Assembly (NCBI RefSeq): GCF_003334385.1
Contig: NZ_QOWN01000132.1
Reading direction: 5' to 3' (one strand)
From: Escherichia coli
Lineage (GTDB): Bacteria > Pseudomonadota > Gammaproteobacteria > Enterobacterales > Enterobacteriaceae
DNA: 1,045 nt
Made by a program: the position numbers and the translations under genes. Below, piece by piece: positions 1-1,045 of this stretch. Every line of letters begins with the position of its first letter. The stretch's first letter is position 1. Under the pieces are notes generated by a model. The model had not been told where the DNA came from, ran no database searches, and saw nothing but the letters and a program-made list of their open reading frames with translations.

Positions 1-401
1 GGCCACCACACTTCGCTGGTGGCAGCTTTGATCAGGAAAACATAGCGCCCGCCTTTATCACGCATGGCACTGGCATGTTTCATGATGTAACGCATGCCGG
101 TGATGTATTGCCCCTCATGCTGACTGGCGCGGCTGTACGGGGGATTGCCAAAGGCAGCACCTTTAAGCTCCGCAAGACGTTCTGACCAGTCATGCGCCAG
201 CGCATTGTCTTCCGCCGTGTAATACGCGGCACATTTGGCGTTATCACCGTCAGTGAACAGATCCAGAACAAACGGACCAAACAAGGTGTTAATTCCCCAG
301 AAAATGTTGTCCGGCGTGCGCCACTGATCGCCCACTTCCTTCAGTTCATGGGCTGGTTTGTTCCGCAGTTCTACCAGCGCCTGGCAATATTTATTACTCA
401 T
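1..401 (-). CDS. dam: DNA N6-adenine methyltransferase, phage Dam family; N-terminal 133 aa only, the 3' end lies beyond window position 1
   Basis: Hand translation of the minus strand from the ATG at 401..399 gives MSNKYCQALVELRNKPAHELKEVGDQWRTPDNIFWGINTLFGPFVLDLFTDGDNAKCAAYYTAEDNALAHDWSERLAELKGAAFGNPPYSRASQHEGQYITGMRYIMKHASAMRDKGGRYVFLIKAATSEVWW..., with no stop down to position 1. The catalytic NPPY tetrapeptide is at 146..135 (AAT CCC CCG TAC). DQWRTP (W-x-TP) is at 329..312. The pattern LD-(x)n-NAK-x3-YYT-x-ED-x-L-(x)n-W-(x)n-NPPYS matches what I recall of the phage Dam family (Pfam PF05869 type). A G5 Shine-Dalgarno sits 4 nt upstream, and the start overlaps the upstream stop (TAATG). 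The ORF is absent from the supplied track because it is open at the window edge. Confidence 0.9.
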   Translation of the reverse strand, partial: MSNKYCQALVELRNKPAHELKEVGDQWRTPDNIFWGINTLFGPFVLDLFTDGDNAKCAAYYTAEDNALAHDWSERLAELKGAAFGNPPYSRASQHEGQYITGMRYIMKHASAMRDKGGRYVFLIKAATSEVWW

Positions 402-493
402 TAAGCCCCCACGTAAAAAGCATCCGCAATGTCTCCGGAAGTACACCCCGGATGGGCTTCAATGAATTTCTGAACTTCATTCAAAAGACTCAT
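401..493 (-). CDS. hypothetical 30-aa protein (micro-ORF), resembling the first two helices of a small winged-helix/HTH protein
   Basis: The minus-strand ORF from the ATG at 493..491 to the TAA at 403..401 encodes MSLLNEVQKFIEAHPGCTSGDIADAFYVGA*. An AGGGGG Shine-Dalgarno at 504..499 ends 5 nt before the ATG. The start lies 2 nt after the upstream TGA (GGGGGTGATCATG), and the stop overlaps the dam ATG (TAATG). It exactly fills the only gap between two confident genes. It is too short for compositional evidence, so coding status rests on the RBS and this coupled geometry. Confidence 0.5.
   Translation of the reverse strand: MSLLNEVQKFIEAHPGCTSGDIADAFYVGA
406..410 (-). promoter_or_regulatory. 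Shine-Dalgarno (GGGGG) for the Dam methyltransferase gene, embedded in the last codons of the micro-ORF
   Basis: The minus strand reads ...TAC GTG GGG GCT TAATG AGT. The G5 run ends 4 nt before the ATG at 401. The context (G5, short spacer, ATGAGT) is the same as at the micro-ORF start. Confidence 0.6.
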
Positions 494-495
494 GA

Positions 496-1045
496 TCACC
501 CCCTGAATCCTTCCGGGATCTGGCTGTAGTCCACGTTGTCGTAACTGGCTTTGAAGTACGGGTCCTCGCGTCTGGCTGCAGATACCGCAGGAACTTCCCA
601 GGATTCTTCGAAATGACGATCCGGACCAAAGAACGTCGACGCCTGCTTCACGAACTGGGTACCGGTATTTCCAGAGACACGCACCCAGGCGGCATAGCGT
701 TTCACACCGTCGAGCATGGTTTCGGGTGTCACACCTTCCCTGATACGGGCTTTCCAGGCTTTGAAGGCTGCTGACTTGGAATTGCCACCAGCACGTTTGG
801 GATACTCCTGCCAGGCCTGTTCAAATTCCGGTGAATATTCCTGTCGGGCAGAACGCGCTGGCGCAGACGCGTCAGCGGATGCATCAATAGTGTTTTTAGT
901 CTCCGTTGTAATCTCTGTAGTAATCTCTGTATTTGTATCAACATTCGGCGTACCCCCTGTTCCGTTATGACGTCGGGGGGTGTTCCGTTTTAACGTAATA
1001 GCTGTATCGCTGATTGCATTATTGCTGTTACTTTCTGGCGAAACA
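496..1045 (-). CDS. phage early-operon protein, C-terminal 182 aa (5' end beyond window); low-complexity linker plus conserved C-terminal domain; tentatively a replication-initiator (O-like) or replication-associated protein
   Basis: The track lists this ORF as 496..732 starting with M, but that codon is GTG (732..730) and the frame stays open upstream to the window end. Hand translation: ...VSPESNSNNAISDTAITLKRNTPRRHNGTGGTPNVDTNTEITTEITTETKNTIDASADASAPARSARQEYSPEFEQAWQEYPKRAGGNSKSAAFKAWKARIREGVTPETMLDGVKRYAAWVRVSGNTGTQFVKQASTFFGPDRHFEESWEVPAVSAARREDPYFKASYDNVDYSQIPEGFRG* (TGA at 498..496). I recall the FExxWxxYPKRxGxxxKxxAxKAWxxR block as recurrent in C-terminal domains of phage replication-region proteins. 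The functional label is inference from that recollection and from synteny. Confidence 0.7.
   Translation of the reverse strand, partial: VSPESNSNNAISDTAITLKRNTPRRHNGTGGTPNVDTNTEITTEITTETKNTIDASADASAPARSARQEYSPEFEQAWQEYPKRAGGNSKSAAFKAWKARIREGVTPETMLDGVKRYAAWVRVSGNTGTQFVKQASTFFGPDRHFEESWEVPAVSAARREDPYFKASYDNVDYSQIPEGFRG
499..504 (-). promoter_or_regulatory. Shine-Dalgarno (AGGGGG) for the 30-aa ORF, embedded in the last codons of the upstream gene
   Basis: The minus strand reads ...TTC AGG GGG TGA TC ATG AGT. The purine-rich G5 run ends 5 nt before the ATG at 493. Confidence 0.55.
908..931. repeat. perfect 12-bp tandem duplication, gtaatctctgta x2 on the plus strand, with a degenerate third unit at 896-907
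   Basis: Positions 908-919 and 920-931 are identical base for base. Unit 896-907 (ttagtctccgtt) matches at 8 of 12 positions. The repeat is in frame on the minus strand and encodes TEIT-TEIT within ...NTEITTEITTETK... Confidence 0.9.
958..989. repeat. 9-bp direct repeat tgttccgtt (958-966 and 981-989), 23 bp centre to centre
   Basis: Both copies are exact. They are preceded by C5 (953-957) and G6 (975-980) respectively and are separated by atGACGTC, which contains a 6-bp palindrome at 969-974. The 23-bp offset is not a multiple of 3, so the two copies are read in different codon phases of the minus-strand CDS (NGT versus KRNT context). Confidence 0.85.

Noticed and set aside
80-280. Track ORF, minus strand, 66 aa (MVRLFWICSL...)
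   Set aside because: It lies wholly inside the Dam CDS in a different frame. The peptide has no recognisable motifs, whereas the overlapping frame carries NPPY and W-x-TP and is open for 401 nt. It is an alternative-frame shadow.
192-404. Track ORF, plus strand, 70 aa (MRQRIVFRRV...)
   Set aside because: It is antisense to the N-terminal Dam coding region, has no RBS, and has an Arg/Val-rich shadow composition. It is an antisense artefact of a confident gene.
444-446. Alternative upstream GTG start for dam (the frame is open from 458)
   Set aside because: It would add SPSGVYFRRHCGCFLRGGL-like residues with no resemblance to the family and would fully overlap the micro-ORF. The ATG at 401 has a well-spaced G5 Shine-Dalgarno and begins a plausible N-terminus.
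461-481. Imperfect inverted repeat aatgaatttctgaacttcatt inside the micro-ORF
   Set aside because: It is AT-rich, has a 6+2 bp stem with a mismatch, and has no following T-tract. It is too weak for a terminator and sits inside coding sequence. It is probably incidental.
30-621. GATC (Dam target) sites at 30, 260, 326, 494, 517 and 618, one of them exactly in the stop/start junction TGATCATG
   Set aside because: Six sites in 1045 bp compares with about four expected by chance, so there is no meaningful enrichment or clustering. The junction site is most simply a by-product of TGA + TC + ATG.
730-732. Start codon implied by the track for ORF 496..732
   Set aside because: The codon is GTG with no Shine-Dalgarno upstream. 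The frame continues open to the window edge through a conserved FExxWxxYPKR...KAWKARIREG block that this start would cut in half. It is an internal Val, not a start.
862-884. Near-palindrome cgcagacgcgtcagcg (one mismatch, MluI core) and the adjacent atgcat palindrome
   Set aside because: It coincides with the repetitive peptide DASADASA (GCx/GAy codon reiteration), which explains the symmetry. It has no T-tract and no terminator or operator context I can support.
729-944. Track ORF, minus strand, 71 aa (MLIQIQRLLQRLQRRL...)
   Set aside because: It is an alternative frame of the same strand as the real CDS and an Arg/Leu/Gln-rich low-complexity artefact. The neighbouring frame is open across the full 550 nt and contains the conserved domain.
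716-970. Track ORF, plus strand, 84 aa ending ...VSVVISVVISVFVS...
   Set aside because: It is antisense to the 496..1045 minus-strand CDS. Its apparent repeat (VVISVVIS) is just the 12-bp tandem duplication read on the other strand. It has no start context and no recognisable domain.
1-1045. Possibility of a novel defence or other multi-gene system, mobile-element ends, CRISPR array or ncRNA
   Set aside because: The window is completely filled by three co-directional genes of ordinary prophage early-region type. There are no terminal inverted repeats, spacer-repeat arrays, intergenic regions or RNA-gene signatures. The sequence does not support such a claim.

Overview
The whole 1045-bp window is coding on the minus strand. 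It holds three head-to-tail, tightly coupled genes that look like part of the early (replication/nin-type) operon of a lambdoid-style enterobacterial prophage. (1) 1045..496 is the C-terminal 182 aa of a protein with a low-complexity linker and a conserved C-terminal domain; I tentatively call it a replication-initiator-like protein. (2) 493..401 is a 30-aa micro-ORF. (3) 401..1 is the N-terminal 133 aa of a phage Dam-family N6-adenine DNA methyltransferase with an NPPY motif. The ORF track misses or truncates the two large genes because they run off the window edges, and the micro-ORF is absent from it. The plus-strand and alternative-frame ORFs in the track are shadows of these genes. I see no tRNA, rRNA, CRISPR array, transposon end, obvious promoter or terminator, and no intergenic space. 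The most interesting non-protein signal is a cluster of same-orientation direct repeats at about 899-989, inside the linker-coding part of the upstream gene. One repeat pair is read in two different frames, which suggests a DNA-level cis element such as origin iterons embedded in the initiator gene, as ori-lambda is in O. I find no sequence support for a novel defence or other multi-gene system in this short window.
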